DNA of 64,000 nucleotides from Vitrella brassicaformis CCMP3155 (GCA_001179505.1 CDMY01000395.1:248001-312000); one strand, 5' to 3'. Shown: positions 35,929-50,000, counted from the stretch's first letter. Translations and numbers: made by a program. Notes: a model not told the origin generated them from the letters alone.

Positions 35929-38900
35929 ATGTCAGCGTCACAGCCCTCAGATCCGCCCGTCTCGGCCCACCCGGACCACATGCACGACAACACCAGGAGG
36001 CGGCGCGTGAAGGCGCTGCCTTCGCTGGCCTGGCTGCCTGTGGCCGCGGCCGTCCTGTGTGCGACCACACATGCGATGACACGGCAGCAGCAGAGGTCAG
36101 CAGCGGCCTTTGTGCCGATGGCAGCGAGGCCGTTGCTGAGCAGCACCAGGCAGACGCGGCGTCATCAGCTGCCTGCGAGAAGCACTCAGCTCGCGAGTAG
36201 CAAGGGTGGTCTGAGCATGATGTTCGAGAGCTTTACCGAGAAGGCCATCAAGGTCATCATGGCAGCACAGGAAGAAAGCAGGTAGGTTACCTACCGTAGC
36301 ACGTGACAGACGACACATGACGCCTGTCGCATGTCGCATGTGATCTCGCTCACTCTCTCTCTCTCTCTCTCTCTGCGCGTGTGTGCGTGTCTTGGTTGGC
36401 AGGTTTGTGGGTCACAACTATGTGGGTGCGGAGCAGCTGCTGCTGGGCCTGCTGTCCGTGACGGACACCGTGGCCTTCGAGATCCTCAAGCGCAAGAACA
36501 TCAAGCTGCAGGTCGTCAGGGGCGAGATCGAGAAACTCATTGGACGCGGCAACGGTCAGCCAGCGACTTTGGTGCATGCCTCGAGACACACAGACCTGTA
36601 TGTGCCGGTGTGTTGGTCGATTTCTGTGTGTGTGCAGGGTTTGTGTCTGTGGAGATCCCCTTCACCCCCCAGGCCAAGGGCGTGCTGGAGCGGTCTCTCA
36701 ATGAAGCCCGGAACCTGGAAGTGGGCACAAACCTCTCTTCCTCCCCCTACACACACGCACACACAGATCGACATGTGGTCCATGCCATGTGGTGTGTGTC
36801 GCTGTCGTGTGTGCAGGTGCGTTACATCGACACGGAGCACCTGCTGCTGGCGCTGCTCAAGGAGAACTCGGGCGTGGTGCACCAGATATTCAGGAAGATG
36901 CAGATCGACCCACAGCAGTAAGGAACCTTTCGTGACAAAGAGAAATCCACACATGGACTGGACAAACAGACCAACACACCACACGCGTCCACTTGACACA
37001 CACAGGTTGTCCGTTGAGGTGACCAAGACCGTCATGGACAGCAAGTCAGCCGGCGCTGCGCAATACGGCAAACAGGGTGGCGGCCAGCAAACAGGTACTT
37101 ACTAAGGGATACCCACCCNNNNNNNNNNNNNNNNNNNNNNNNNNNNNNNNNNNNNNNNNNNNNNNNNNNNNNNNNNNNNNNNNNNNNNNNNNNNNNNNNN
37201 NNNNNNNNNNNNNNNNNNNNNNNNNNNNNNNNNNNNNNNNNNNNNNNNNNNNNNNNNNNNNNNNNNNNNNNNNNNNNNNNNNNNNNNNNNNNNNNNNNNN
37301 NNNNNNNNNNNNNNNNNNNNNNNNNNNNNNNNNNNNNNNNNNNNNNNNNNNNNNNNNNNNNNNNNNNNNNNNNNNNNNNNNNNNNNNNNNNNNNNNNNNN
37401 NNNNNNNNNNNNNNNNNNCCCCACACACACACACACACGAGGAGCACCTTCCTCTCTCTGTGGCTGTCCACACACAGGCAAGGCAGCCAAGACTCCCACG
37501 CTGCGTCAGTACGGCATCGACATCACCGACAAGGCCATGGCGGGCGAGATCGATCCCGTCGTCGGCAGACAAACTGAAGTTGACCGCGTCACTGTCATCC
37601 TCGGTACGTTTCCCGCCTCACTCCTTCCCTCTCCCCTTCCCTCTCTCAACGCACATGCGTGCCTGTGTGTGCCTGTGTGTGTGGTCAGGTCGTCGCACCA
37701 AGAGCAATCCCGTGCTGATAGGCGAGCCAGGTGTGGGCAAGACGGCAATCGCCGAGGGCCTGGCGCAGAAGATCGCCAACAACAACATACCCAAAGTGCT
37801 CGAGGTGGGCGTAAACGCCCTTCCCCCCTCCCCTCCCTCACTCACCACGATGGATGGATTCGTGACGTGTGTGTGTTGTGGGTGTGTCTGTATAGGGCAA
37901 GCGTGTGGTTCAGCTCGATATGGGCCTGATGATCGCGGGCGCCAAGTACAGGGGCGAGTTCGAGGAGCGGCTCAGGAAGGTGCTCGACGAGGTCAAACGA
38001 GCCGGGTAGGTGACACAGGGAGGTGCGCACAGCCCCACAACCCCATGCACACACACTTGTGTGTGTGGTGTGTGCGCAGGAACATCTTGTTGGTGATCGA
38101 TGAGGTCCACACACTGGTCGGTGCCGGGGCGGGCGAGGGCGCACTCGACGCCGCCAACCTTCTCAAACCTGCGCTAGCTCGGTGGGCAGCCACACACCCT
38201 TACACACACAATGTGTGTCCACTCAAACACACGGGTGTGCGTGTGTGCAGGGGTGAGATCCAGGTGATCGGCACGACGACATTGGATGAGTACCGCAAGT
38301 ACATCCAGAAGGACGCCGCGCTCGACAGGCGCTTCCAGCCGGTGCTCGTCGAGCCGCCCTCTGTCAGTGACACGGTCAGTNNNNNNNNNNNNNNNNNNNN
38401 NNNNNNNNNNNNNNNNNNNNNNNNNNNNNNNNNNNNNNNNNNNNNNNNNNNNNNNNNNNNNNNNNNNNNNNNNNNNNNNNNNNNNNNNNNNNNNNNNNNN
38501 NNNNNNNNNNNNNNNNNNNNNNNNNNNNNNNNNNNNNNNNNNNNNNNNNNNNNNNNNNNNNNNNNNNNNNNNNNNNNNNNNNNNNNNNNNNNNNNNNNNN
38601 NNNNNNNNNNNNNNNNNNNNNNNNNNNNNNNNNNNNNNNNNNNNNNNNNNNNNNNNNNNNNNNNNNNNNNNNNNNNNNNNCCCCCCCCCCCCCCCCCTCT
38701 CTCCCCCAGCAATACAGGCGCCTGCATGTCCCTCTGTGTGGATCGTGCTGCTGTGTTGCAGGTCGAGATACTGCGAGCGTTGAAGCCCAAGTACGAGAAG
38801 TTCCACCACGTGCAGTACAGCGACGAGGCCCTGCAGAACGCCGCCACGCTCGCACACCAACACATACAGGACAGGTAGGTACACACCACAGACGCCAGGA

Positions 38901-39246
38901 CATCCACCCCACCCCACCCATGTTGGTTGGCATGATGGGATGGGTGTCAGGTTTCTGCCCGACAAGGCCATCGATCTGCTGGACGAGGCGGGTGCCGCCG
39001 TCAAGCTGCAAGCAGAGAAACTGCCACCGGTTGCAAGAGGGCTCCAACGTGAGCATACAAAACCACCACTTGCCCATTCACCCAATCCACACACATCCAT
39101 CCATCCATCCGTATGTGCAGGCGAGCTGCGCGAGAACCAGCGCCAGCAGGCGGCTGCCGTGAGCAGCAAGGAGTTCGAGAAGGCCTCTCAGCTGCAGCAG
39201 CGGGAACAACAGCTCAAGTACGCACCAACCCCTCCCCCCCTCCCCA

Positions 39247-39281
<35 letters not shown>

Positions 39282-40006
39282 GTGTGGTGCAGGAGGAAGC
39301 TCGAGGACGTCTGTCCATCCGCCCTGGTCATGCCCAAGGTCGACAGCGAGGCCATCGCCCGTGTCCTGGCGGGGTGGACGGGCATCACCGTGCAGCAGCT
39401 GACGCAGACCGAGGCCACTAAGTACATCAACATGGAGCAGGTGCTCCAGGAGCGGGTCATCGGCCAGGGGGAGGCGATCAAGGCCGTGAGCAAGGCCGTC
39501 AGGCGCGCCAAGAGCGGGGTCAAGAACCCTGACCGGCCGATCGCATCGCTGCTTTTCTGCGGGCCGACCGGTGAGAGACCACATCTGCTCACGCAGAGAG
39601 AGAGAGAGAGAGGGAGATGCGTAATTCGTGAGTGCATTTCTCTGGTCTGTGTGGATGTGCGTGTAGGTGTGGGCAAGACGGAGCTCACCAAAGCGTTGGC
39701 AGAGTTCCTGTTTGACAGCGACGACGCCATGGTACGGTACACACACCCATCCCATCCACAAGACCGTCCACACACATCACGTCAGCTGTGTCCACTGTGG
39801 GTGGCCACATATGTGTGTGTGTGTGTGTCGTATAGATCCGTTTGGACATGAGCGAGTACATGGAGCGCCACGAGGTGTCGAAGCTCATCGGTGCCCCACC
39901 AGGATACGTCGGATACCAAGAGGGCGGCACTCTCACCGTACGCAAACCCTCCCTCTCTCCCTCCCCCTCTTTCCCCCCCTCCTTAACTCACACACAGACC
40001 TGTTGT

Positions 40007-40037
<31 letters not shown>

Positions 40038-41403
40038 TTGGGTGCAGGAGCAAGTGCGCCGGAAGCCGTTCAGCGTGATCCTGTTCGACGAGGTCGAGAA
40101 GGCCCACCCCGACGTGTTCAACCTGCTCCTGCAGATACTCGAGGACGGCCGACTCACCGACAGGCACGCGCTGCACCGCACCCCACACACCGCACCAGCA
40201 CAAGACAACACACGTGAGCATGATGGATGAGTGTGGTGGTTGTGTGTGGGTGAGTGCAGCAAGGGCCGGACGGTCGATTTCCGCAACTCGTTGGTCATCA
40301 TGACCTCCAACCTGGGAGCCAAACTCATCGAGAGGGCCGCCAGGGTCCCCGGTGAGTCACCGACCTCTACCCACCCTTACACACACACACAGATGGATGT
40401 GTGTGTGTGTGTGTGTGTGCAGGTGGTGGTGGGACGTCACTGGGCTTCTCACTGCCGATGGGCCAGTCTGCGAGTGAAGCTCAGTACGAGGGCATCCGCA
40501 ACCTGGTCAACGAGGAGCTCAAAAACTACTTCAGGCCCGAATTCCTCAACAGGCTCGATGAGACCATCGTGTTCAGGTGCGCAGAAACCTCCACACGCAC
40601 ATACACATGGAAGCATCGTGCAATCACTGCCACGTGTGTGTGTTGTGTGTGTGTGTGTGCTTGTAGGCCTCTGAGCAAGGAGGAGGTTGGCGAGATCGCT
40701 GACGTGCTGCTGCAGCAGCTGTACGACCGCATCACAGAGACCAGGAGCATCAACATGCAGGCAAGCTCACCCTCACCCCCACACAAACCGATAGACGCCT
40801 CCATCCATCCCATCCACCTCTCTCTCTGTCTGTGTGTGTGTGCATCAATCAGGTGACTGATCGCATGCGCAACTTTCTGGTAGACCAGGGCTACGACCCC
40901 TCATTCGGCGCCCGGCCGCTCAGGAGAGCCATCACACGCATACTCGAAGACACCATGGCAGAAATGGTACCATACCGTACCACACGACCCATCACACACA
41001 TAGAAAGCGGTACACTCCCACTCCACTGCGAGTGCCGTTCGTTGATTGCATTGGTCAGGTGTTGTCTGGGGCCGTCAACACGGGCGACTCGGTGGTGCTT
41101 GATGTGGACCTCCCCTCTGGCATGGTCATGTGCTACAACACCGAGGGCGACCTCGTCGGCTCGTACAAGTCCGGCACCTACCCCAGCGTCGGGGGACTGC
41201 CGCAGCAAGCCACCTTCGGTCAGCACCGACCGTTGGCACCCTCCTCCCTCCCTCCCTGCCACACACCGAATGCGCATCCGCCCACCTCATCCACTGTGTG
41301 TGTGTGTGTGTGTGTGTGTGTAGGCATGATGGGTGGCGGGACAGAGAGGTACGAGCGGTACGGCTACGAGAACGAGCGCAATCCCAATCCTAACGCTGCA
41401 TAG
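35929..41403 (+). CDS. clpC: Nuclear-encoded, plastid-targeted ClpC (Hsp100/Clp AAA+ chaperone)
   Basis: Two Clp-N repeats ([21 protein letters not shown]; [13 protein letters not shown]), NBD1 [15 protein letters not shown], a UVR-like middle domain ([27 protein letters not shown]), NBD2 [43 protein letters not shown] and GARPLRRAI. The leader has a hydrophobic stretch followed by AAAFVP and an S/T/R-rich transit-like peptide. Confidence 0.95.
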
Positions 41404-44400
41404 AGAGAGACAAGGGGAGAGGGGGAGAGAGGGAGGCCGCATCACACACTGTCTTGTTGACTAGGGAAGTGAAGGCAGGGCGACGCCGGCCGTTCGCGAA
41501 CATGGCGGCATCATCCCGGCGGGCTGCGAGACGCCTGTCGAGATGATACCACCCTGTCCGGGAATGCTCGGCATTGTCTTGCTGAGAAGAGGAGAATGGA
41601 CAGACAGGTCGATAGACATGTAGATGAGACGAACGAGGTGAGAGAAGAGGAGAGCTACTTATTGTCTGGATGGATGGATGGATGGGAGGGAGAGAGTGCT
41701 GTAGCATAGAACATGTGTGTGTTGGAGGGCGGGAGGGTGGGAGAGAGAGAGAGAGAGAGAGGGAATGTCATGCATTCTGCATCTCTCTCTATTCCGGCTG
41801 GCTGGCTGGCTGTCTGGCTTTCTGAGATGAGAGTGTCTGATGAGTGAGAGTGTGTAACATACTTATGTATGTATGATCACATCAGGTCAGATGGATACCA
41901 AAATGCAATATATGCAGCGGGGTGACCGCCATATTTGTTCTTACTCATCCCCTCACTCATTGGATTGGCTGCCTTGTGATGTCGTCATGTCTTGCGTGTC
42001 TGTCTATCGGATCGGCTTGCTGTGTGCGCGCCTGTTGGTTTTGGTTTTGCCACTTGCCACTTACTGTCGCTGTCGCTGCTGTCTGGCGTGTTTCTGATGT
42101 CGTGCGGTGTTTGTTGCATTGCGTTGCGTTGTGTTGTGTTGTGTGGGTCGATCGGTGTCTGTCTGTCTGAGTGTCTGGCCTTCAGTTGTCTGCCTAGCTA
42201 GCTAGCTGCCCCCTTTTTGTCAGCGTCACACCACATGACATTTCATTTCATTCCACCCCACGGAGCGGACACACATCTAGTATGTAAGAGCACGGTAGGT
42301 GTCCTTTTCAGTGCTCATCGTTCGTCGATCGTCTTTTTGTCGGGCCGGCTGGCTGGCTGCTCCTCCTGCTGCTGCTGGTGGTGGTTGTCTTCTGCTGGTT
42401 GTGGGGCTGTCTGTCTGTCTGTCTGGTGGGGGGGNNNNNNNNNNNNNNNNNNNNNNNNNNNNNNNNNNNNNNNNNNNNNNNNNNNNNNNNNNNNNNNNNN
42501 NNNNNNNNNNNNNNNNNNNNNNNNNNNNNNNNNNNNNNNNNNNNNNNNNNNNNNNNNNNNNNNNNNNNNNNNNNNNNNNNNNNNNNNNNNNNNNNNNNNN
42601 NNNNNNNNNNNNNNNNNNNNNNNNNNNNNNNNNNNNNNNNNNNNNNNNNNNNNNNNNNNNNNNNNNNNNNNNNNNNNNNNNNNNNNNNNNNNNNNNNNNN
42701 NNNNNNNNNNNNNNNNNNNNNNNNNNNNNNNNNNTGGCAATGAAGCGAAGGGCCGGTCTTGACCGACGTGCGGGTGATTTTGCTGTGCATAGACATCCTT
42801 ACTCGGTCATCCGACTTCTCATTGTCTTGTCTGGCTGTCTGCCAAGCGAACCAAGAGACCATCCTCTCTCTCCATCTCTCTCTCTCTCTCTCTCCGTGTG
42901 TCTAAAAGGGGGACTGAATCTCTGTCTGCTCAGTGGACTCACTGTCACGTTTGTATCCCATACATACTAACCCTCTCGCCCTGCCCCTGTGTTGGTGTCT
43001 TCTGTATAATAACAATACTCTCTCTCTCTCTCTCTCTGTGACTGGCTGGCTGTGGGTGTGGGTGGGGGCTGTCTGTCTGTCTGTGTGTGTGTTGCAACAT
43101 GTGTGTACTATATATCCCTACCCTACCTCTCCGCCAACACACACACACATACACATGAACGACATGCTGGGAGAGAGAGGCATGTGAGTGATGTGCGTGA
43201 GTACGTAACCGTCGACTGAGTGAGTGAAAAGGGACGAGAGAACGACCTGATCGCTTTCTTGAAGACAGGCAGACGGCTGGCGGATGGCTGGCTGGATGAC
43301 AATAAGCTCTACTGGGCTTGCATTGCAATCGATGGGTGGACAAATCGGATCCAATGGAATGGATGAGTGCAGCAGTACCAACCGGATGACGCACCTGTGT
43401 GCAACCAGGCAGACAGGGAGAGGGGGACGGGACGGCGGTGGGTTTTTCTTTCGTTGGCTGCCTGCCGTCCACTCGTCGGTTCGTTCGTTGCTGCTTGTGT
43501 ACTTCTGCGACATGCATGTGGCGTACATGCATGTCTGCACGAGTGGACCGGTGGCTGGCCCGCGAACCGCGAGGGGGCGGGCGCGTGGGCAAGGGAGGGC
43601 GGTGGATGGCTTTGCTTTGGATGGCTTCTTTGCTGGTGCCCCCATCCACGAGCATCCCTCGTCACACTCAAGAGAGATGGCTTTCCGCATCTCGCCTATT
43701 TCCTTGCCATTGACGTTGCTGCCCCGCCTCTTCATCAGGTGGACGGGGCAGTGACGACAGTGGCCAGGACTCAGGCGAGATGCAGGAGGCTCCCCAACAA
43801 GCACATTCACCACTTGGACGTGTGGCTGGATGGATGGATGGATGAGGGAGGGAGGGAGAGGAGGGGAAGGGGTGAGGGGCGACCGAATTGAAGAGTGCGC
43901 AGTGCGGCGTTGCACCAAGTCTCGTTCCTGATCGAATGAGCGCGCGGGTGCATTCCTCCATGCCATGGATAGCCATGGATAGCCAGCCAGACCGGCAGGC
44001 AGGCAGGCAGGCGCTCTTCCACTCTGTGTGCGGATGTGTGTATGTGTAGTCACTATCTTCTGTCTCTCTCTTGCCCGTCAGACAGTCACGTGTGTCGTCT
44101 TTTTGGCTGCCTACATTTGTGTGTGTGTGCGTGTGTGTGCGTGTGTGGGTTTAACAGTACAACAGCGGCCTCCGGCCGGCCGTCGTCCTTCCTGTGCAGT
44201 GTGTGAGCTTGCGTGAGTGAGTGGCCGTCCATGTAATTAGCACACCAACCGACCGACACGCAGAGAGCGGCACAAGCCATGCCACGCTGTGTGTGTGTGT
44301 GTGTGTGGTGCTCGGTCGATTGCTCGATTGATGGATGCTACCTGCTGCCTCTTTTTCACCCAGCCGCCACACCCACACCCTCACCCACACCACAGGACAC

Positions 44401-46197
44401 TCCACTCGGTCAGCCAGCAGTGATGCCTCCCTCCCTCTCTCCCTCCCTCCCTCCCTCCCTCTCTCCCTCCCTCCCCCTCTCTCCCTCTCTCTCTCCCTGG
44501 CTGTTCTAGTCTTGCCTGTCGATAAGCTTGACTTGGCTCACCTGGTGTCTTGCAATGATGGGGTGGATGGGATGGGGGGATGGTTTCTTGTAGATAACGC
44601 ACACGCGCAGACCGACATGCAGCAGCAGAAGGAAGAGAGAGAGAGAGGTGGTGGATCTGTCTGTCTGGCTAGGCTAGCATAGGCTCTCTAGGCAGCAACA
44701 GAGGAAAGATGAGATGGATGAGATGCAGTGAATGTCGTCACGTCATCCTTTCAGGTCGGATGAATGCAATGCCTGCCTGTGGTGCGATCAGCCGACCGAT
44801 CTGGGGAGGGACGTTTTCTGTCTGTCTGCCTGTCTCTGTCTGTCTAGTGTCTTGTCAACTCGGCGCGGTTCGGTTGGTGGCAGTTTTGACCATGTCCACA
44901 CATACACACACACATGCCCTGCCCACATCAATGACGCACATCCATCCATCCATTTCATGGCATGATCCAGCGTGATGATGGTTTTCAGCTGGTTGCCCCG
45001 ATGCATACTGCCTGCCGGCCTGCTTGCCTGCCTGCCTGCTGCCTCTTAGTCGATGCTGGTGTCTGTTGGACGGGCCATACAGACACACACACACACATAC
45101 ACACACAGACAGACAGACACACATACACACACAGAGTGAAGGGATACAACAGAGAGGCCAAGTGTGTCAGTGTGGCGACCTGCAACACGCCACTCGTTGC
45201 AGGGATGCATGTACGATCCACCACATCTCGCTGGGACACAGACACACCAACCGACCTGCCTGCAACTGATGTAATGTGCGCTGTTTTCTTGCGCCCTCCT
45301 GCCTGTCGGTCTCTTTTGCGCGTTGCCTCTGCTTCCTGATGCAAGCGAGGGCATGCTCACGTGTCCCTCTGATGCATAGAGAAAGCGGAGGAAACGCACA
45401 AGAGGACGGACGTGCCAACTAATGCCTGTCTGTTTGGGGAAGGATCTAGTGATTGATCGATGAGAGCGGCGCTCTGCGAGCGAGACTGCTGTAAGCACAC
45501 GGCCATGTGTCTGTGTGTGAGTGTGTGTGCGTGTGGTTTAAGAGGCGCTGCTAGCTACATGGCTAGAGATACTGACGGCAGACAGACAGACAGACCAAGG
45601 AGACCAACGACTGACGATGAGACTCGTGTGATGGTGGGTGGATGCGTGGACCCGCGGCGTATGGGCTGCCCGTTAACAAGACGCATCGCATCAAAGCGTT
45701 GCATATCATGTCATGTTGCGATACCCTCCTGCTACAAGAAGCTGACAACATCGAAACGGCAACAGACTACACTTGGGAACGAGACAGCAGGGAATCTCGC
45801 CTCCGCAAGTGTAGCCGCAGGCCGTGACGATGCAATCAGTCTTGAGCGAGGAAAACGTTCATGACAACAACACACCCTTCTCAGCAACCAAGCACTGTAC
45901 AGCCCCCCCCCCCTCATCCCATCACTGACTAAATAACACAAAGCCCACATCCGTCTGTCTGTCTGGCTGCCTGTGTTCCTTCCGTCCCTGATTCCACCGG
46001 TTGTCTGCGTGGAGTGCCGCCAGCCAACTTCTCCTGACAAGAGCGTGGACGTCTTGTCCGGCAAGTCGAGCCACACACCTCCCCATGAAGCCAACCGGCA
46101 GACATACAGTGGACAGCACGACACTCTCACACACACATGGACAAACCATCCATCACGTCCATCAATCCATCCATCATGTTCTCTGGCCATCGATACG

Positions 46198-46930
46198 TCA
46201 CTTGTATTTGGGCATGATGGGGGGGTTGGGGTCCGTCCCGCCGATGGCGTCGTGACGATGGTCACGGATCATCGGCTCATCACGCCTGCAGTGTAAAGCA
46301 ACCATCCACATGAAATATTGCACCTCTGTGTGAGCGGCGACACCCACCCAGCCGCCCACCGTGTTTTTGTCCAGAGGTCCCATCCGGTTTTGTTGGGTGT
46401 GACGGGGCAGAAAGGGTTGGAGCTCTTCAGGTACGGCACCACCTGGGGCACCGCCGTACGAAAGTGAAACCGCCGAGTCGGCGCTAAACACACACACACA
46501 CACGCACGCACGCACGCACAAAAGACAACCACAGCCACATGACCCCACCACCACACGTGCGGCACCATGTCGAGCATTCTCCATATTCCCGCCATACGCA
46601 CATCCGTATTTGTATTTGGCGCTCTTGGTGCCGGCAGCGATGCCGTCGAGGAGGTACTGCAGCTGGTCGCTGCCGCCCTGGTACTTGCGCAGCGCACGGT
46701 GAGCGGTGGGCCCCATCCAGAACCGGTAGTGCCAGTCCGTCACGCGCCACCGAAACTCGTCAACATACGGACGCCTGCACACACACACACACACACACAC
46801 ACATACAGACACACGTGTCGCACACACATCAGATCTGGCTGCCTGCCCTTTGGTGTGCTTACATGCCCGTCTGGTCCAAATGGCATCGTGATTTGGTGTA
46901 GAGGCCTTCACGCCTGTACCGGAACGCCAT
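46198..46930 (-). CDS. Small (~160 aa) basic/aromatic conserved-looking protein, possibly mitochondrial
   Basis: Spliced by eye: MAFRYRREGLYTKSRCHLDQTGM|RPYVDEFRWRVTDWHYRFWMGPTAHRALRKYQGGSDQLQYLLDG...PIMPKYK*. Intron phases are consistent and codon bias is strong. Confidence 0.65.
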
Positions 46931-47000
46931 AGTGACCACTGACGCCAGCCTCTTGCAAACGCAGATCTGCCTTCTAAGCTCGCACCAAGGCGGAGGGGCG

Positions 47001-50000
47001 ATGTCCATGGCATCAGAGACCAGCCCACCACCACCATCACCAGCTGCAGCAGCGACGGCATCTGCAGCTGCTGCCGATGTGGCCAATGGTGACACCACAG
47101 GCACAGCGGCGGTGTGGTACTTTCAGTCAGCGACGGACGGCACCCTCACCGGACCGCTGTCAGTCGAGCAGATCAAACACCTCTACGTTGAGTGAGTCAT
47201 GGAATCATGGAACAGCCAGATCCAGATCCCATCAAATCAACAGACAGACAGTGAGATGGACAAAGATGGTTCGCTGCGTTTGGTGTGTCTGTGGTCAGGA
47301 ACACCATCGATGGCCTGACGAGTGTGTGGCGTCAGGGCATGAGCAGCTGGATCCCAATCGCGGAGTGCGAGGAAATCAAACCACACCTCGGTCGGTATCA
47401 TAGCCACACAAACACACACTCTACCTGTCTGTCTGTCTGTCTATCTGTCTGTCTGTCTGTGCGTGTGTCTGTGCAGCTCAGGAGGACGATGAAGGTGAGC
47501 TTGACGAGGCTCTGCTGACCACACTGGTGCAGAAGAAGAAGGGCCAGGGGCCGCTCATTACACCACCAGTGGCTGCCAACACGGGGGCCAGGCGTGTGCC
47601 GCTCACCGAGGTGGACGCCTCGCAGAAATACACTGATCCCGAAGGTATCTAGAGAGGGAGGGAGGGAGGGGGGGGCTGCACCAGCAGGCAGACAGGAATG
47701 CATCTGTGTGTGTGTGTATGTGTGTTGGTTCAGGTGAGAGCTATGTGTTGGACCCTGCTGACAAGACGTGGAGGACATTCAAGGTCGGTCACACCCCCTC
47801 ACAGAACAGACACACCACAGCACCCGCAGCACACACCTCTTCCCTCTGTGTTTGTCACACACATCCATACATACGTTCAGGAGTACGAGGCCCTCTACGA
47901 GCTGCAGCAGCTGGCCGACGAAGCAGGCCAGATCACTGCAGCAGCAGCAGGAGGGGCCCAAACCAACGACAACACCGCCACCAACAATAACACCGCCCCC
48001 AGCACCGACGCACCACAGGACACCAGTGCCGCTGCTGCTGCCACTGCTGCTGCCAAGAAGGCCACGGCCGCGAGCTACTCGGTGGCTGACATGACCATGC
48101 CTGAAGCAGCAGACGAGCGCGAAGAGGGAGAGGGAGAGGGGGGGAGCGAGGAGGGGGCGGAAAGCGACGATAAGAAGGACAAGGAGGGGGAGCCCCATGA
48201 CCCTGAAAAAGAGGTGAGAGGTCGGCAGATGTGCGTGTGCAGTGACATGTCCCCCCACACACGGATCCATCCTGTGTGGGGGATGTGCAGGCGCGTAAGG
48301 CCAAGAAGCGCGCGTATCAGGAGAGGAAGAAGCTCAAGAAGCAGCAGGGGCTGTGGCTGAAAGCTAAGGTACACACAACACACACACACACACACACACA
48401 GACACACACACACAGGGAGAGAGAGAGGCGCCGGTCCACTTGCCGCATGGTGCATCGCATCGATGTGTGTACGGTGCGACAGAGCAACCCCAATGTGTAT
48501 GTGTCCGGGCTGCCTGAAGACGTCACCATGGAGGTGAGGCTCGAGCGGAACGAAGGCCTCATGGACAGGAAGGACACACACTGTGTCCATCCCAGCCCAT
48601 GCCTGTTGTGTGATGTGATTGTCATATAGGAGCTGGAGGAGACCTTCAAGAAGGCGGGCGTCTTCAAACTCGACCCTGATACATGTAGGCTAGGCACCCA
48701 AGCCCCCTCCCCCCCAAAAACACGTGTTTGTCTTTGCCAATCTCCACCAACCAACAAATTAACCCACCAGCGTTGCCCAAGATCAAGATCTACCATGACG
48801 ACGCTGGTCGCGCCAAGGGGGACGCCCTCATCTCCTATGTCAAGGAGGAGTCCGTCGGACTCGCCGTCAAGTACCTACACGAGAGCTACCTACGGCCGGA
48901 CTGCGTCATCTGCGTCAAGCAGGTCAGCACACACACCCACACACACATGGATGGATGGATGTGTGTGTGTGTGTGTGTAGGCTGAGTTTGAGCCTCCGCC
49001 CACCGAGGCGGCGCCGCCGCCCGAGATGCAGCTCAAGAAGCGGCGCATCGACCGGTCCAAATTCATGGCCGTCAAGAACGAACAGAACAGGTGTGCCGTG
49101 TCTGTGAGAGCGCATTTCACGCATTTCACATGTTGATGGTGTGTGTGTCTATGTCTTATGTCTGTCTGTATATAGATTGCTTGGCTGGAGCGATGACACT
49201 GACGACGGATCAGGCCGCCGCATAGTGCTCCTGAAACACATGTTCTCATACCAAGAAGCAGAGGTACCCATACACCCTTCCCCCTCCCCCCCCCCCNNNN
49301 NNNNNNNNNNNNNNNNNNNNNNNNNNNNNNNNNNNNNNNNNNNNNNNNNNNNNNNNNNNNNNNNNNNNNNNNNNNNNNNNNNNNNNNNNNNNNNNNNNNN
49401 NNNNNNNNNNNNNNNNNNNNNNNNNNNNNNNNNNNNNNNNNNNNNNNNNNNNNNNNNNNNNNNNNNNNNNNNNNNNNNNNNNNNNNNNNNNNNNNNNNNN
49501 NNNNNNNNNNNNNNNNNNNNNNNNNNNNNNNNNNNNNNNNNNNNNNNNNNNNNNNNNNNNNNNNNNNNNNNNNNNNNNNNNNNNNNNNNNNNNNNNCCCT
49601 TCCCCCTCCCCCCCCCCCCAACAGACAATGGTCGTGTGTGTGTGGTGGTCAGGAGGAGGACAGCGCCTTTTACAACGAGCTTAAGGAGGAGGTGGGCGAG
49701 GAGTGCAGCAAGTGGGGGCCCGTCGACAAGGTCACACCCATCGAGCGACACCCACACGGACTCGTCGCCGTCAAGTTCAGCAACAATGAGGCCGCTGAAG
49801 CGGCAATCGACGTACCGTATGACACAACACACCCATACACACACCAATGTCTGACACATCGATGGGATGGCTGGATGCAGGCGCTCAACGGCCGCAATTT
49901 CGCCGGCCGCACCATCGAGGCCTTCTTCTTCGACGGCAAATCTGACCTCAAGGCAAGCAAGTCGACACACCACACCACACCACATCACACCGCACCTGAC

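Noticed and set aside
44965-45060. GTGATGA box C-like motif suggesting a snoRNA
   Set aside because: No matching box D or terminal stem was found at a suitable distance.
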